Source of the DNA: Candidatus Micrarchaeota archaeon | Lineage (GTDB): Archaea; Micrarchaeota; Micrarchaeia; Norongarragalinales; SBBD01 | DNA length: 64,000 bases | Assembly (NCBI GenBank): GCA_018819225.1 | Contig: JAHJQN010000004.1 | Span: 194,813 to 258,812, forward strand | Direction: 5' to 3' | Shown: piece after piece, positions 7,674-17,350 of the stretch | Numbering within the stretch: the stretch's first letter is position 1 | Layout: every line of letters begins with the position of its first letter | Made by a program: the position numbers and the translations under genes | The notes under the pieces: model-generated | What the model was told of the DNA's origin: nothing | The model's input: only the letters and a program-made list of their open reading frames with translations | The model's database searches: none

Positions 7674-7790
7674 GCGGAGGTCGCATAGTGGCTATTGCGG
7701 CAGCCTGCTATCTTTTTGCAGCGAAGGCTGCGGAAGGTTGGAAAGCTGTTGGCGCTTCGCGCCTCGTGGGTTCGAGTCCCACCCTCCGCG
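7674..7790 (+). tRNA. tRNA-Ser(GCU), class II with long variable arm and ~16-nt intron
   Basis: GCGGAGG-TC-GCAT-AGTGGCTA-TTGC-G-GCAGC-CTGCTA[intron]G-GCTGC-variable arm (GGCGC-TTC-GCGCC)-GTGGGTTCGAGTCCCAC-CCTCCGC-G. Confidence 0.75.
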
Positions 7791-7841
7791 CTCAATAATG
7801 CGGTCGTTGGATACCATGGAACATATGGGTAACCGGTTTCT

Positions 7842-7897
7842 TTGGTCGAGCTTTCTTTACAAAGAAAGGTCGTTCGGAATCCTTACCCTCCGCGCTA
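7842..7897 (+). repeat. hairpin motif copy 4 plus degenerate partial copy of tRNA-Ser 3' end (GGTCGTTCGGAATCCTTACCCTCCGCGCT)
   Basis: TTGGTCGAGCTTTCTTTACAAAGAAAGGTCG (8-bp stem) then sequence sharing ACCCTCCGCGCT with tRNA-Ser 3' end. Confidence 0.55.
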
Positions 7898-7943
7898 TTA
7901 ACAGTTATGGATTGCGCGTAGGTTAATCATACAGGTAAAGCAA

Positions 7944-8882
7944 ATGAATTTCCGAAACGTATTGTATTTCATTGCGTTGATTGCCCTTGCGTACGCATTG
8001 CTCAAGATTTTTCAAGCCGAGCAGGCGCTCCCGAAACTCGATGCATTCATCGCGGCAGGCGCTATAGTCAGTTACTTGATCAGCATCGTGCTATGGAACG
8101 AAGCATGGGGCCAGTATTTGAAAATTGATTTTTGGAAAAGCAATACCATTGGATGGAGCGCGCAGTTCGCGGCATTGACGCCGTTAAGCATCGGAAACGA
8201 CGTATTGAGAGGTTATTTCGCGAAACAGCACGGCCACCGGTTTTCCGCAGGGATGGCGGCGAGCCTGGCCACCAAGTTTTATAAGATTGCGTTGGCACTC
8301 GTTTTTTCAGCTGCGGGTATCGCGTTATTGTTTTTGCGAAATGAAGAACTCCAGCAATGGATTGGATTAGGCGTCGTCGTACCGGTACTGCTGTTGCTGG
8401 GGCTATACGTTATCACGAAGGAAGGCTTCGCGGGAATCGTCAACAAGATCACGTTCAACCGTATCGCGAAAGGGCGTATGATCGAGTTCTCCGGCAAAAT
8501 GAAGTATTACGTTCACGCTCCATCGGGAAGCGTCTTGCTGATATTAATCACTTCACTCGCGTTCGAATTTCTGGCGTTCTACCTGTGTTTCCAGGCGTTC
8601 GGCGTGTTCTTGGAACCGTTCACCGCCTATTTGGCTTACGCGCTATTGTTCTTTTTGTCGAAAATTCCGTTGCTGCCGCAAGGCATCGTCATAACGGAGA
8701 TAGCGGGCGTCATGATTTTGAGGAGTGTCGCCGCGTTACCACTGGTGGCAGCAGGAATCCTGTTATGGAACGTTTCACGCGTGTGGGTTCCAGTCGTCAT
8801 GAGCTTTCTCGTTCTATCGTTATCAAAGCAAAAGTTGCCGGACTCCAACGAAATGAGGAAATGGGAGACCGAACGCCATTAA
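7944..8882 (+). CDS. polytopic membrane protein, UPF0104 / lysyl-phosphatidylglycerol-synthase-TM (flippase-like) family candidate
   Basis: ~8 hydrophobic helices, no soluble domain; family assignment by overall pattern only. Confidence 0.5.
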   Translation: MNFRNVLYFIALIALAYALLKIFQAEQALPKLDAFIAAGAIVSYLISIVLWNEAWGQYLKIDFWKSNTIGWSAQFAALTPLSIGNDVLRGYFAKQHGHRFSAGMAASLATKFYKIALALVFSAAGIALLFLRNEELQQWIGLGVVVPVLLLLGLYVITKEGFAGIVNKITFNRIAKGRMIEFSGKMKYYVHAPSGSVLLILITSLAFEFLAFYLCFQAFGVFLEPFTAYLAYALLFFLSKIPLLPQGIVITEIAGVMILRSVAALPLVAAGILLWNVSRVWVPVVMSFLVLSLSKQKLPDSNEMRKWETERH

Positions 8883-9523
8883 GCATCCGCAGCAGCGGCT
8901 TGAGCGAGGCGTTGCTTGGTGAGCTTCAAGGCGAAAAAGCGTTCGGATTCCAAGCGGTTCAAGTGATCGGAAATCGATTTGATCGTTGCTTTCAGTCGGG
9001 GCTGCACGTTGAATTCCAAGGCATTGACTTTGCGATTCGTGATCTCGATTTCCTTCAACAAACGTTTGAGAGCGGTTTCAAATTCGGCGAGCTTGATGAT
9101 GAGATTCAACGATTTTTCGAAGTGTTCGACGGCTTCATCGAATTTCGCGGAAGACCCTTGAAGACTGTAACCGCGGGAAAGCAAGTCCTTCGAGACATCG
9201 ACTCCGCGAATCTCGGCAATGCGCACGCCCATGATGTTCTTGGGTTTGACCTCGATTTCAGGCACTTTCTTGGAAGAAAGTGCAGCGGTTTCCACGAACA
9301 AATCGCCGTGGAACGCGCGGGCAATGGCGAGTGAACGAAAAGAAGATTTCAATTCACCATCGACTTCAGAACGCAGGTTCTTGGCTTTCTTTACCACTTG
9401 AAAGAACTCCAAAACAAGCGCATCACGTTTTTGTTTTAAAAGTTTGTGGCCTTTCGAGGCGAGAATAAGGCGTTGTTTCGTGTTCAACATTTCCATTCGA
9501 GTGGGCCTGACGCCTTCCACCAT
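8879..9523 (-). CDS. atpD: A/V-type ATP synthase subunit D
   Basis: N-terminal PTRMEMLNTKQRLILASKGHKLLKQKRDAL matches the conserved V-ATPase D start (PTRMELL..K.RL..A.KGHKLLK.KRD.L); coiled-coil, ~214 aa. Confidence 0.8.
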   Translation of the reverse strand: MVEGVRPTRMEMLNTKQRLILASKGHKLLKQKRDALVLEFFQVVKKAKNLRSEVDGELKSSFRSLAIARAFHGDLFVETAALSSKKVPEIEVKPKNIMGVRIAEIRGVDVSKDLLSRGYSLQGSSAKFDEAVEHFEKSLNLIIKLAEFETALKRLLKEIEITNRKVNALEFNVQPRLKATIKSISDHLNRLESERFFALKLTKQRLAQAAAADA

Positions 9524-9565
9524 ACGATTACACCAATCCGCAAGAAAAAGAATGCAGTAGAGGAA

Positions 9566-10378
9566 TTATAATCCTTTGGACGCGATTTCGATGCCATAGA
9601 TTCGGCGAGCGGTTTCCGATAGAACGCGGTCGACTTCAGAAATGGGAATGTTTCGTTTGGAAGAGATGCGCTCGTACACCTCCTGCACGTTCTTGGACTC
9701 GTTTCGGCCGTTCAACCATAAATAAGGGGAATCGGTTTCCGCTTGAAGCGAAGAAAGAGGGGCTTTCTTGATGATGGTGTCTCGGGCCTTGTTTTTCATA
9801 GTGCTTAAAGATAAGGTGTAATGGCGTCGAAGCGCTTCGGAGAGAAAAGGCGGGGCGTAGAAACAATGGAGAATCACGCTCAGCTTCGGGAATTCCGCCA
9901 ATATCTCGAAGGCAGGAGCGTGCGACTCGCGCAAGTGAATTTGGACGGGCTTGGAAAAGGATTCGGCGAGCTCGAGCTGCGCGCGGAACGCCTGAATTTG
10001 AACCGCATGATCTTTTTCCTTGAAATAATGGTATTCGAGACCGATTTCGCCGATGGCGATGGCCTGTTCCGCATGTTTCTTGAGAAAAGAGAGCTCGAGT
10101 GGAAGATTTTTTGTGACGGCGTCGTGCGGGGATAAGCCGATGACGGGATAGAGGAATCGGGGATGGCGTTGGCATAATGAAAGCACGTGCTCGGAATCGA
10201 TTTGAGACGTGCCAATGCATAAAACAGCGGATAGCGATTGGCGTGCCCGAGCGATTACGGACTCGACATCGGATTGAAATTTCTCATGCGTGAGATGAGC
10301 ATGGCCGTCGAACATACGGGTATATAGTTTCAATCGGAATAAAACGGTTTGGGGTGAAAGAAGAAGGTCAACTGCCAT
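9566..10378 (-). CDS. tatD: TatD-family metal-dependent hydrolase
   Basis: HAHLTHEKF near N-terminus, conserved His/Glu/Asp positions of TIM-barrel TatD fold, ~270 aa. Confidence 0.75.
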   Translation of the reverse strand: MAVDLLLSPQTVLFRLKLYTRMFDGHAHLTHEKFQSDVESVIARARQSLSAVLCIGTSQIDSEHVLSLCQRHPRFLYPVIGLSPHDAVTKNLPLELSFLKKHAEQAIAIGEIGLEYHYFKEKDHAVQIQAFRAQLELAESFSKPVQIHLRESHAPAFEILAEFPKLSVILHCFYAPPFLSEALRRHYTLSLSTMKNKARDTIIKKAPLSSLQAETDSPYLWLNGRNESKNVQEVYERISSKRNIPISEVDRVLSETARRIYGIEIASKGL

Positions 10379-10497
10379 GTATATAAATGTTTTACACCCT
10401 CAAAGAAAAACATCCGATTCCGTTTTTCCTAAGTGCCTGCAGACGCTTAGAAGGCAAGGGAAAAAAGGAAAACGATTCGATTGAAAGGATTGGAAAA

Positions 10498-12243
10498 ATG
10501 GCTGATTCGGCTTACCTATCCAAAATCGCGGGACCGGTGGTAGAAGCGACCAGCATCCGCGGATCTCAAATTAACGAACTGGTTCGAGTGGGGAGCGATC
10601 AGCTCATGGGCGAGATCGTCGCGCTAAAGGAAGATCGCGCGACCATTCAAGTCTATGAAGATACGAGTGGCTTGCGGCCCGGAGAAAAAGTCGAGCGGAC
10701 GGAACAGCCGTTAAGCGTGGAATTAGGACCCGGATTACTTTCGGGAATTTTTGATGGAATTCAACGCCCGCTGGATCGCATCAAGGAAATGGCGGGCGAT
10801 TACATTCCGAGAGGCATTGATGTCCCTGCACTGAATCGGAAAAAGAAGTGGACGTTCAAGGCATCCGTGAAAAAAGGGGATAGCGTCAAGGCAGGAGACG
10901 TGCTCGGAACCGTCAAGGAATTTGATTTCGAGCACCGGATTCTCGTCCCGTACGGGTTCGAGGGAGCGGTGAGTGACGTCAGGGACGGAGAGTTTACGGT
11001 GACTCAAAGCATTGCAAGCGTGGGAAAGAAGGATGTGACGATGATGCAGAAGTGGGGGGTGCGCACGCCGCGAAAGTCCAAGGAGAAACTGCGCATCGAT
11101 CGGCCGTTAATTACCGGGAAGCGTATTGTGGACACGTTCTTCCCGATTGCCAAAGGAGGGGTGGCGGCCATTCCCGGACCATTCGGAAGCGGTAAAACCG
11201 TTACCCAACAAGATTTGGCGAAGTATGCGGATGCGGATTTGATTGTGTACGTGGGATGCGGAGAGCGCGGGAACGAAATGACGGACGTGTTGTTCGAGTT
11301 CCCGAAGCTGCTGGACCCCAAGAACAAGAAACCGCTCATGAACCGAACCGTTTTGATCGCGAACACGAGCAACATGCCGGTCGCCGCCCGGGAAGCCAGC
11401 ATTTACACGGGGATCACGATTGCCGAGTATTATCGGGATATGGGTTATGACGTGGCGTTGATGGCGGATTCAACGAGCCGGTGGGCTGAAGCCATGAGAG
11501 AAATTTCAGGTCGCATGGAGGAAATGCCGGGGGAGGAAGGGTATCCGGCATACCTGGCCAAGCGTTTAGCGGAATTCTACGAGCGCGCGGGAAGAGTGCG
11601 CTGCCTGGGAACCAAAGACAGGTTCGGAAGCGTATCCGTTATCGGTGCCGTATCGCCGCCTGGAGGCGACATTTCGGAACCGGTTTCTCAATCCACGCTG
11701 CGCGTGACGAAAGTATTTTGGGCGTTGGACGCCGATTTGTCGCGTCGCAGACATTACCCGGCGATTCACTGGTTGAAAAGCTATTCGTTGTATTTAGACG
11801 ATCTCGAGAAATGGTATTTGGAGAACGTGGCCAGTGATTTTTACCAGATTCGCGGACAGTGCATGGCCTTGCTGCAGAAAGAAGCGGAACTGCAGAACAT
11901 CGTGCAATTGATTGGGCCGGACGCATTGCCGGACAAGGAGCGTTTGGTATTGGAAGTCACGAAAATGATTCGGGAAGATTTCTTGCAGCAGAACTCGTTT
12001 GAAGAGATTGACGTGTATTCCTCGTTGAAAAAACAGCACCTCATGTTGAAAACCATTCTCAAGTTCTATGACAAGGCGGAGCAAGCGCTGAAAATGGATG
12101 TGACGTTGGATCGCGTGTTGTTGGCGAAAGAGCGGCAGGTCATTGCCGGATTGAAACGGTTGAAGGATGAGGAAACCGTGAAGGCCGCGAACGGCGCCAT
12201 GAAGAGCTTGGAGACCTCTTTCGGAAAAGGGGAAAAGAAATGA
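10498..12243 (+). CDS. atpA: A/V-type ATP synthase catalytic subunit A
   Basis: Walker [12 protein letters not shown], catalytic-subunit-specific non-homologous insert; start set at [17 protein letters not shown] (internal Met of the 618-aa ORF). Confidence 0.9.
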   Translation: MADSAYLSKIAGPVVEATSIRGSQINELVRVGSDQLMGEIVALKEDRATIQVYEDTSGLRPGEKVERTEQPLSVELGPGLLSGIFDGIQRPLDRIKEMAGDYIPRGIDVPALNRKKKWTFKASVKKGDSVKAGDVLGTVKEFDFEHRILVPYGFEGAVSDVRDGEFTVTQSIASVGKKDVTMMQKWGVRTPRKSKEKLRIDRPLITGKRIVDTFFPIAKGGVAAIPGPFGSGKTVTQQDLAKYADADLIVYVGCGERGNEMTDVLFEFPKLLDPKNKKPLMNRTVLIANTSNMPVAAREASIYTGITIAEYYRDMGYDVALMADSTSRWAEAMREISGRMEEMPGEEGYPAYLAKRLAEFYERAGRVRCLGTKDRFGSVSVIGAVSPPGGDISEPVSQSTLRVTKVFWALDADLSRRRHYPAIHWLKSYSLYLDDLEKWYLENVASDFYQIRGQCMALLQKEAELQNIVQLIGPDALPDKERLVLEVTKMIREDFLQQNSFEEIDVYSSLKKQHLMLKTILKFYDKAEQALKMDVTLDRVLLAKERQVIAGLKRLKDEETVKAANGAMKSLETSFGKGEKK

Positions 12244-13688
12244 TTAAGGAGTACCAAACCGTGCGGGAAATCTTCGGGCCGATTGTCTACGTCGAGGGCG
12301 TGGAGAATGCGGGGTACGGGGAAACCGTGGAAATCATTCTGCCGGACGGCACGAAAAAGAAGGGGCAAGTGCTTGAAACGCGTAAAGGGTTGGCGGCCGT
12401 ACAAATCTTCGGTAACACGGAAGGGTTGGATACCCAGGAAACGCGCATTCGTTTTACAGGGGATACGTTGCGGTTGGGCGTTTCCGAGGACATGCTGGGA
12501 CGCGTGTTCAATGGAAGCGGTGACCCCATCGACAAGGGATCACCCATCATCAGCAAGGAAAAGTCCGATATCAATGGTTCGGCATTGAATCCAGTGGCGC
12601 GGGACGAGCCCAAGGAATTCATTCAAACCGGCATCTCGACCATCGACACGATGAACACGTTAGTGCGGGGTCAAAAACTCCCGATTTTCTCGGGAAGCGG
12701 TTTGCCCCACAATGAGATTGCCGTGCAGATCGCGAGACAGGCAACGGTTCTCGGAAAGGAGGAAGCGTTTACCGTCGTGTTCGGAGCCATGGGAATTACG
12801 CACTCGGAAGCCTCCTTCTTCATGCAAAACTTTGAAAAAACCGGGGCCTTGGAACGAGCGGTCTTGTTCTTGAATTTGGCGAACGATCCGTCCATTGAAC
12901 GATTGATTACGCCGCGATTGGCGTTAACCACGGCCGAATACTTGGCGTTCGAAAAAGATTATCAGGTGCTGGTTATCCTCACGGATATGACGAATTACTG
13001 CGATTCGCTGCGCGAAATTGCGGCGGCACGACAGGAAGTGCCGGGACGACGGGGATACCCGGGATACATGTACACGGATTTGGCCAATATTTACGAGAGG
13101 GCCGGACGCGTGCGCGGCAAAAAAGGAAGCATTACCCAGCTCCCGATCCTGGCGATGCCGGACGATGACATTACGCATCCGATCCCGGACTTGACGGGAT
13201 ACATTACGGAAGGACAAATCGTGTTGTCGCGCGATTTGTATCGAAAAAACATTTATCCGTGCATAGACGTGTTGCCGTCGCTATCGCGATTAATGAATGC
13301 AGGAATCGGAAAAGGCAAAACGCGGGAAGATCACGCCGGAATTTCATCGCAACTGTACGCGTCGTACGCGGAAGGAAGGGATTTAAGAAACTTGGTCGCG
13401 GTCGTCGGGGAAGAAGCGTTGACGGAACGGGATAAGAAGTTCCTGAAGTTTGCTGACTTGTTCGAGAAACGGTTCGTGACGCAAGAACGCATGGAAAATC
13501 GCGGGATCGAAGAGTCATTGGATCTGGGATGGGAGCTGGCGAGCCTGCTTCCGGAAGAAGAGCTCAAACGCGTTAAACCGGAACACCAAGAGAAGTACGG
13601 GAAAAAGTTCCGGGGATCCGACCCTGAAAAGAACGTCGTGGAACACGAGGAACGCCAGGCCGCCAAACAGGAAGCGCGACCCCCGTGA
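12240..13688 (+). CDS. atpB: A/V-type ATP synthase subunit B, with ~35-aa charged C-terminal extension
   Basis: Overlaps atpA stop by 4 nt; conserved regulatory-subunit motifs ([33 protein letters not shown]). Confidence 0.9.
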   Translation: MIKEYQTVREIFGPIVYVEGVENAGYGETVEIILPDGTKKKGQVLETRKGLAAVQIFGNTEGLDTQETRIRFTGDTLRLGVSEDMLGRVFNGSGDPIDKGSPIISKEKSDINGSALNPVARDEPKEFIQTGISTIDTMNTLVRGQKLPIFSGSGLPHNEIAVQIARQATVLGKEEAFTVVFGAMGITHSEASFFMQNFEKTGALERAVLFLNLANDPSIERLITPRLALTTAEYLAFEKDYQVLVILTDMTNYCDSLREIAAARQEVPGRRGYPGYMYTDLANIYERAGRVRGKKGSITQLPILAMPDDDITHPIPDLTGYITEGQIVLSRDLYRKNIYPCIDVLPSLSRLMNAGIGKGKTREDHAGISSQLYASYAEGRDLRNLVAVVGEEALTERDKKFLKFADLFEKRFVTQERMENRGIEESLDLGWELASLLPEEELKRVKPEHQEKYGKKFRGSDPEKNVVEHEERQAAKQEARPP

Positions 13689-13691
13689 AAA

Positions 13692-14357
13692 CTATTTGGG
13701 GACAACGCATTCGCCGTATCCGCTCGCCGGAACGCCCAAATGGTGCAGGCACGTATAACCCGACGGGCATAGCAGAGAGGTGACGCCTCCGCACGCCATA
13801 CCCTCGCTGGATTGAGAAACGAGCGGTTCGTTATTGAATGAAACGTGCACGGCATCCACGCGGTTATATACGGGGAGTACGGCGGAATAATGGGCGTTGC
13901 CCGTGCAGTCCTTGCATAACGCCGGATTCTCTGCAATCGTAATAAAGTTCACGGTGAGCTCCCGGTTTTTTAATTCCCATTCCGCGTTCGCGTAATGGGG
14001 ACACGTCGTCATACCGCGGACCACTGCAACGTATACGCCGTTGGAACGCCCGGAAATAATATTTCGGTTCATTTGGGGGCCGCAAGAGGATTGGACGCGC
14101 GCGGAAAGAACGCCGTTTCGATGCGGACCCGGAGGAACCGGGGTGGGAGTCACGTATTGCCAGGGATCCGGAACCCAGTAGACCAGAGATTGACTGCGAT
14201 CACCGCGGGCGGGATACGTGGGAATGGAGGTGGGTTCGATAGTGGACAAGACCGCGTGAGGTTCGGATTCCGTTGGAACTTTTTCCGAGGAAGCGACTTG
14301 AAGACAACCCGATAGGTATAAGGCGAAAATCAATAAGGAGAAGGTTGCGATCTGCAT
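13692..14357 (-). CDS. secreted cysteine-rich protein (lipoprotein-like signal peptide)
   Basis: MQIATFSLLIFALYLSGC signal/lipobox-like; 12 Cys in mature part. Confidence 0.5.
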   Translation of the reverse strand: MQIATFSLLIFALYLSGCLQVASSEKVPTESEPHAVLSTIEPTSIPTYPARGDRSQSLVYWVPDPWQYVTPTPVPPGPHRNGVLSARVQSSCGPQMNRNIISGRSNGVYVAVVRGMTTCPHYANAEWELKNRELTVNFITIAENPALCKDCTGNAHYSAVLPVYNRVDAVHVSFNNEPLVSQSSEGMACGGVTSLLCPSGYTCLHHLGVPASGYGECVVPK

Positions 14358-14387
14358 AACAGTCCGTAGACCATTCCAATCACAACC

Positions 14388-14400
14388 TTTATAAAGTATT
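14388..14400 (+). promoter_or_regulatory. TATA-box-like element upstream of r-protein operon
   Basis: ctttataaagtatttt ~90 nt upstream of Rpp29 start; archaeal TATA consensus-like. Confidence 0.3.
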
Positions 14401-14488
14401 TTCAGTACTTAGATGTTTCCGTCTCGTTGGATGGACTCCACCGGAGGGTTGAAAGCAACCGCGACGATTGCTCGAAAGCTGAGAGCCT

Positions 14489-14764
14489 ATGGATCCCAAT
14501 GTAAAGGCGTTCCTGCTCTCGGAATTCATTGGAGAAATGGTCCGCGTTCAAACCAGTAGTTGCAGAGACTTGCAAGGTGTCGAAGGCTTAATCCTGGACG
14601 AGACGAAATACACGTTCTTGCTGCATACCAGCAAAAAGCGTAAACGCGTTCCCAAAGCAGGTAACACGTTCTATTTTCCCGAAAGGAAAGTGGAAGCGAA
14701 AGGCTCTCTGTTGCTTTACAGGCCGGAGGACCGAACCAAGCTGTTGGGACGACGACTCCGATAA
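14489..14764 (+). CDS. rnp1: RNase P protein component 1 (Rpp29/Pop4)
   Basis: Sm-like fold pattern GLILDETKYTFLL; located immediately upstream of S17 as in archaeal spc-type clusters. Confidence 0.65.
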   Translation: MDPNVKAFLLSEFIGEMVRVQTSSCRDLQGVEGLILDETKYTFLLHTSKKRKRVPKAGNTFYFPERKVEAKGSLLLYRPEDRTKLLGRRLR

Positions 14765-14768
14765 GCGA

Positions 14769-15098
14769 GTGAACGATATGGCGAAGGAAATAACGCCTTC
14801 TCCCGAGAAGAAGGCATCCAAAACAGAATGCGCGGACCGACGGTGCCCAAAACACGGCGGCCTGAAGACGCATGGACGCATTTTTGAAGGCGTCGTGTCC
14901 AGTACGAAGGCGCCGAGTACGGCGAGCATCGTCATCTCGTTCCACCGGAAGGTCCCGAAGTACGAGCGGTTGGAAAAACGCCGCAGTAAATTGCACGTTC
15001 ATATTCCCGCTTGCAGGACCGTCAAAGAAGGCGACCGCATCAAAATCATGGAAACCCGCAAGCTCAGCAAGACCAAGAATTTTGTTATCATTGATTAA
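14769..15098 (+). CDS. rps17: 30S ribosomal protein S17
   Basis: OB-fold S17 pattern (GRIFEGVVSSTKAPSTASIVISF...RKLSKTK). Confidence 0.85.
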   Translation: MNDMAKEITPSPEKKASKTECADRRCPKHGGLKTHGRIFEGVVSSTKAPSTASIVISFHRKVPKYERLEKRRSKLHVHIPACRTVKEGDRIKIMETRKLSKTKNFVIID

Positions 15099-15108
15099 GG
15101 AATGGCGT

Positions 15109-15504
15109 ATGCTCGGAATGCCTGCTCGAATCACCAAAGCGTTGACCACGAAGAGTCGGCTCATCTGCGACGACAACAGCGGCGCAAAAATCGTGGAAAT
15201 CATTAACGTGAAAGGCGCGAAGGCGCGTGCGCGACGCTATCCCAAAGCGGGGATTGGCGACATCGTGATGGTGGCGGTCAAGAAAGGAAAACCGGAGATG
15301 GTCAAGCGAAAAGAATTGGCCGTCATCGTGCGCCAGAAAAAAGAATTTCGTAGAGGAAAAGGACGCGTTAAGTTCGAGGACAACGCCTGCGTATTAATCG
15401 ATGATCAGAACTTGCCGAAAGGAACCGAAATCAAGGGAGCCATCGCGCGTGAAATCGCGGACCGTTTCCCGAAAGTCGTGGCCATTGCCGCATCGGTCGT
15501 GTGA
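15109..15504 (+). CDS. rpl14: 50S ribosomal protein L14
   Basis: LICDDNSGAKIVEIINVKG motif; start set at MLGMPARITKAL (internal Met of longer ORF) directly after S17 stop. Confidence 0.9.
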   Translation: MLGMPARITKALTTKSRLICDDNSGAKIVEIINVKGAKARARRYPKAGIGDIVMVAVKKGKPEMVKRKELAVIVRQKKEFRRGKGRVKFEDNACVLIDDQNLPKGTEIKGAIAREIADRFPKVVAIAASVV

Positions 15505-15517
15505 GGAGAAACGATTC

Positions 15518-15925
15518 ATGAAATTGAATGCAACGATTACCAAACAACCGCGAAAGAAGCGCAAGGCCTTCTATCAAGGCGGGCTTCATCTCAAGCAGAA
15601 GAGCATTCACGTGCACTTGAGTAAGGACTTGAAAAAGAAATTCAACAAACGCTCCATGCTGGCGAAAAAAGGGGACACGGTGCGAGTGATGCGCGGCACC
15701 TTCCGAAAACGGGAAGGAAAGATTTCAAGCGTGGACACCAAACACGTGCAAGTGTTCGTGGAAGGCGTGATTCGCAAGCGTCAAGCGGGTCAAGAAGTAT
15801 TGGCCGCTTTTCATCCATCGAACCTCGTTATGTCAGAATATCAAGAACCGAAACACAAGATCAAGAAAAGCAAAAAGAAGGCGGTCAAACAGGAGACGGC
15901 TTCAAAATTGGAAATGAAAAGGTGA
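15518..15925 (+). CDS. rpl24: 50S ribosomal protein L24
   Basis: KOW motif KKGDTVRVMRGTFRKREGKI. Confidence 0.85.
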   Translation: MKLNATITKQPRKKRKAFYQGGLHLKQKSIHVHLSKDLKKKFNKRSMLAKKGDTVRVMRGTFRKREGKISSVDTKHVQVFVEGVIRKRQAGQEVLAAFHPSNLVMSEYQEPKHKIKKSKKKAVKQETASKLEMKR

Positions 15926-16656
15926 ATTGGGAGATGGCCCGCCATGGCAACTATCGACACTTGAAACGACTGGCTAAGAGCAAAGCGATTAAGATACCGA
16001 AAAAAGGAATGGTTTGGCTCGCGAAATCCGAACCCGGAAAGCACGAGAAAAACCATTGCATGCCGTTAGTGGTGCTCCTGCGGGATGTCATGAAGCTCAC
16101 TAAAAACGCGTCGGAAACCAAGACCGTGTTGAATGCGGGCCACGTGCTCGTCGATGGAGTCGTACAGAGAAAAACGGACGTCGGGATCGGTCTCATGGAC
16201 ATCGTGTCGTTCCCGAAACTCAAGAAGCATTACCAGATCTTTATGGTGAGGGGAGCGTTGGCCCCCGTCGAAATCTCGGATAACGAGGCGAAATTCAAGT
16301 CCTGCCGAGTCGTCAACAAAACGTTGATTAGCGGAAACAAGGTGCAATTGAACTTGCACGATGGACGCAACGTGATTATTGAAAAAGAGGAGGACCGCTT
16401 CCGGGTAGGGGATACGGTTCGCGTCACGATTCCGGACAACAAAATAGACTTGTTTATCAAGCTGGAGAAAGGCGTCAAATGCTACATTTTCAAAGGAAAG
16501 CACTCCGGCACGATCGGAGTCCTTGAAGAGATCGTGGCGATGCCCGGAGGACTGCCGTCGCAAGCCCATTTAAGCCTGGACGGTAAGCAGCTCATCACCC
16601 AAAAAAATTACTTGTTTGCCGTCGCGAAAGATTTTCCAGGAGTTGAAACGAAATGA
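15922..16656 (+). CDS. rps4e: 30S ribosomal protein S4e
   Basis: Archaeal/eukaryotic S4e N-terminus MARHGNYRHLKRL, S4 + KOW domains. Confidence 0.9.
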   Translation: MNWEMARHGNYRHLKRLAKSKAIKIPKKGMVWLAKSEPGKHEKNHCMPLVVLLRDVMKLTKNASETKTVLNAGHVLVDGVVQRKTDVGIGLMDIVSFPKLKKHYQIFMVRGALAPVEISDNEAKFKSCRVVNKTLISGNKVQLNLHDGRNVIIEKEEDRFRVGDTVRVTIPDNKIDLFIKLEKGVKCYIFKGKHSGTIGVLEEIVAMPGGLPSQAHLSLDGKQLITQKNYLFAVAKDFPGVETK

Positions 16657-17177
16657 ATCCCATGGAGGCCGTACGCCTCGAAAAAGTGACGTTGAATATC
16701 GGCATTGGAGGCGCCGGCGAGCGGCTGGACCAGGCGAAAGCGTTACTCGAACGCATTGCCAACCGAAAATCGATTTACACGCGAGCGAAAGCACGCAATT
16801 CAACGTTTAAAGTCCGGAAAGGACAGCCGATCGGAGTGAAGACGACGCTACGGGGAACCAATGCAAAGGAAGTGCTCACGCGTTGTCTGGAAACACTGGA
16901 CAATCTGCTTCGAACCACGAATTTCGATCGGTTTGGAAACGTGTCCTTTGGAATCAAGGAATACATTGACGTCCCGGGATTGAAATATGATCCGAAAATC
17001 GGTATGATGGGTTTCGACGTGAGCGTGACGCTGGCCAAACCAGGAAAACGCGTGTCGAGACGACGGATTGCCAAACGCAGGCTATCCATGAAACAGCGCG
17101 TGACCCCGCAGGAAGCCAAGGCCTACGTGGAAACGACGTACGGCGTCAAAGTCGAAGAACCCGAGGAAGAAGAATAA
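16653..17177 (+). CDS. rpl5: 50S ribosomal protein L5
   Basis: Conserved L5 core (NVSFGIKEYIDVPGLKYDPKIGMMGFDV). Confidence 0.9.
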   Translation: MNPMEAVRLEKVTLNIGIGGAGERLDQAKALLERIANRKSIYTRAKARNSTFKVRKGQPIGVKTTLRGTNAKEVLTRCLETLDNLLRTTNFDRFGNVSFGIKEYIDVPGLKYDPKIGMMGFDVSVTLAKPGKRVSRRRIAKRRLSMKQRVTPQEAKAYVETTYGVKVEEPEEEE

Positions 17178-17188
17178 AGGTGTGTTGG

Positions 17189-17350
17189 ATGACGAAGCTA
17201 AGCGTGGATTTGAAATTTAAACACCGCGGAAGACGCAAGTGCAAGTTCTGTGGAAACGTCAGCGGATTGATCCGCAAATACAACTTGTACGTTTGCCGAA
17301 AATGTTTCCGCGATAAAGCCGTTGAATTCGGTTTCAAAAAATTCGGTTGA
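17189..17350 (+). CDS. rps14: 30S ribosomal protein S14 (zinc-binding type)
   Basis: 53-aa ORF below ORF-track cutoff: MTKLSVDLKFKHRGRRKCKFCGNVSGLIRKYNLYVCRKCFR with C-x2-C...C-x2-C. Confidence 0.8.
   Translation: MTKLSVDLKFKHRGRRKCKFCGNVSGLIRKYNLYVCRKCFRDKAVEFGFKKFG

Noticed and set aside
7483-7926. 147-aa ORF (MPPNHSRIASGGESNRSWVRIPPGPL...)
   Set aside because: Lies entirely over tRNA-Arg, tRNA-Ser and the hairpin repeats; its translation is low-complexity and reflects tRNA sequence, not coding.
8357-9334. 325-aa plus-strand ORF overlapping atpD
   Set aside because: Antisense to a well-supported atpD gene; Arg/Gly-rich translation typical of a GC-rich antisense frame.
9636-10220. 194-aa and 111-aa alternative-frame ORFs inside tatD
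   Set aside because: Same strand but different frame or antisense relative to a TatD ORF with clear family motifs; Arg/Pro/Ser-rich low-complexity translations.
13204-13936. Minus-strand ORFs (104, 201, 73 aa) over the 3' part of atpB
   Set aside because: Antisense to atpB; no motifs; compositionally biased.
14872-15108. Long 5' extension of the L14 ORF (start at 14872)
   Set aside because: Extension overlaps rps17 in another frame and is Arg/Ser-rich. The conserved L14 N-terminus begins at the Met at 15109, right after the S17 stop.
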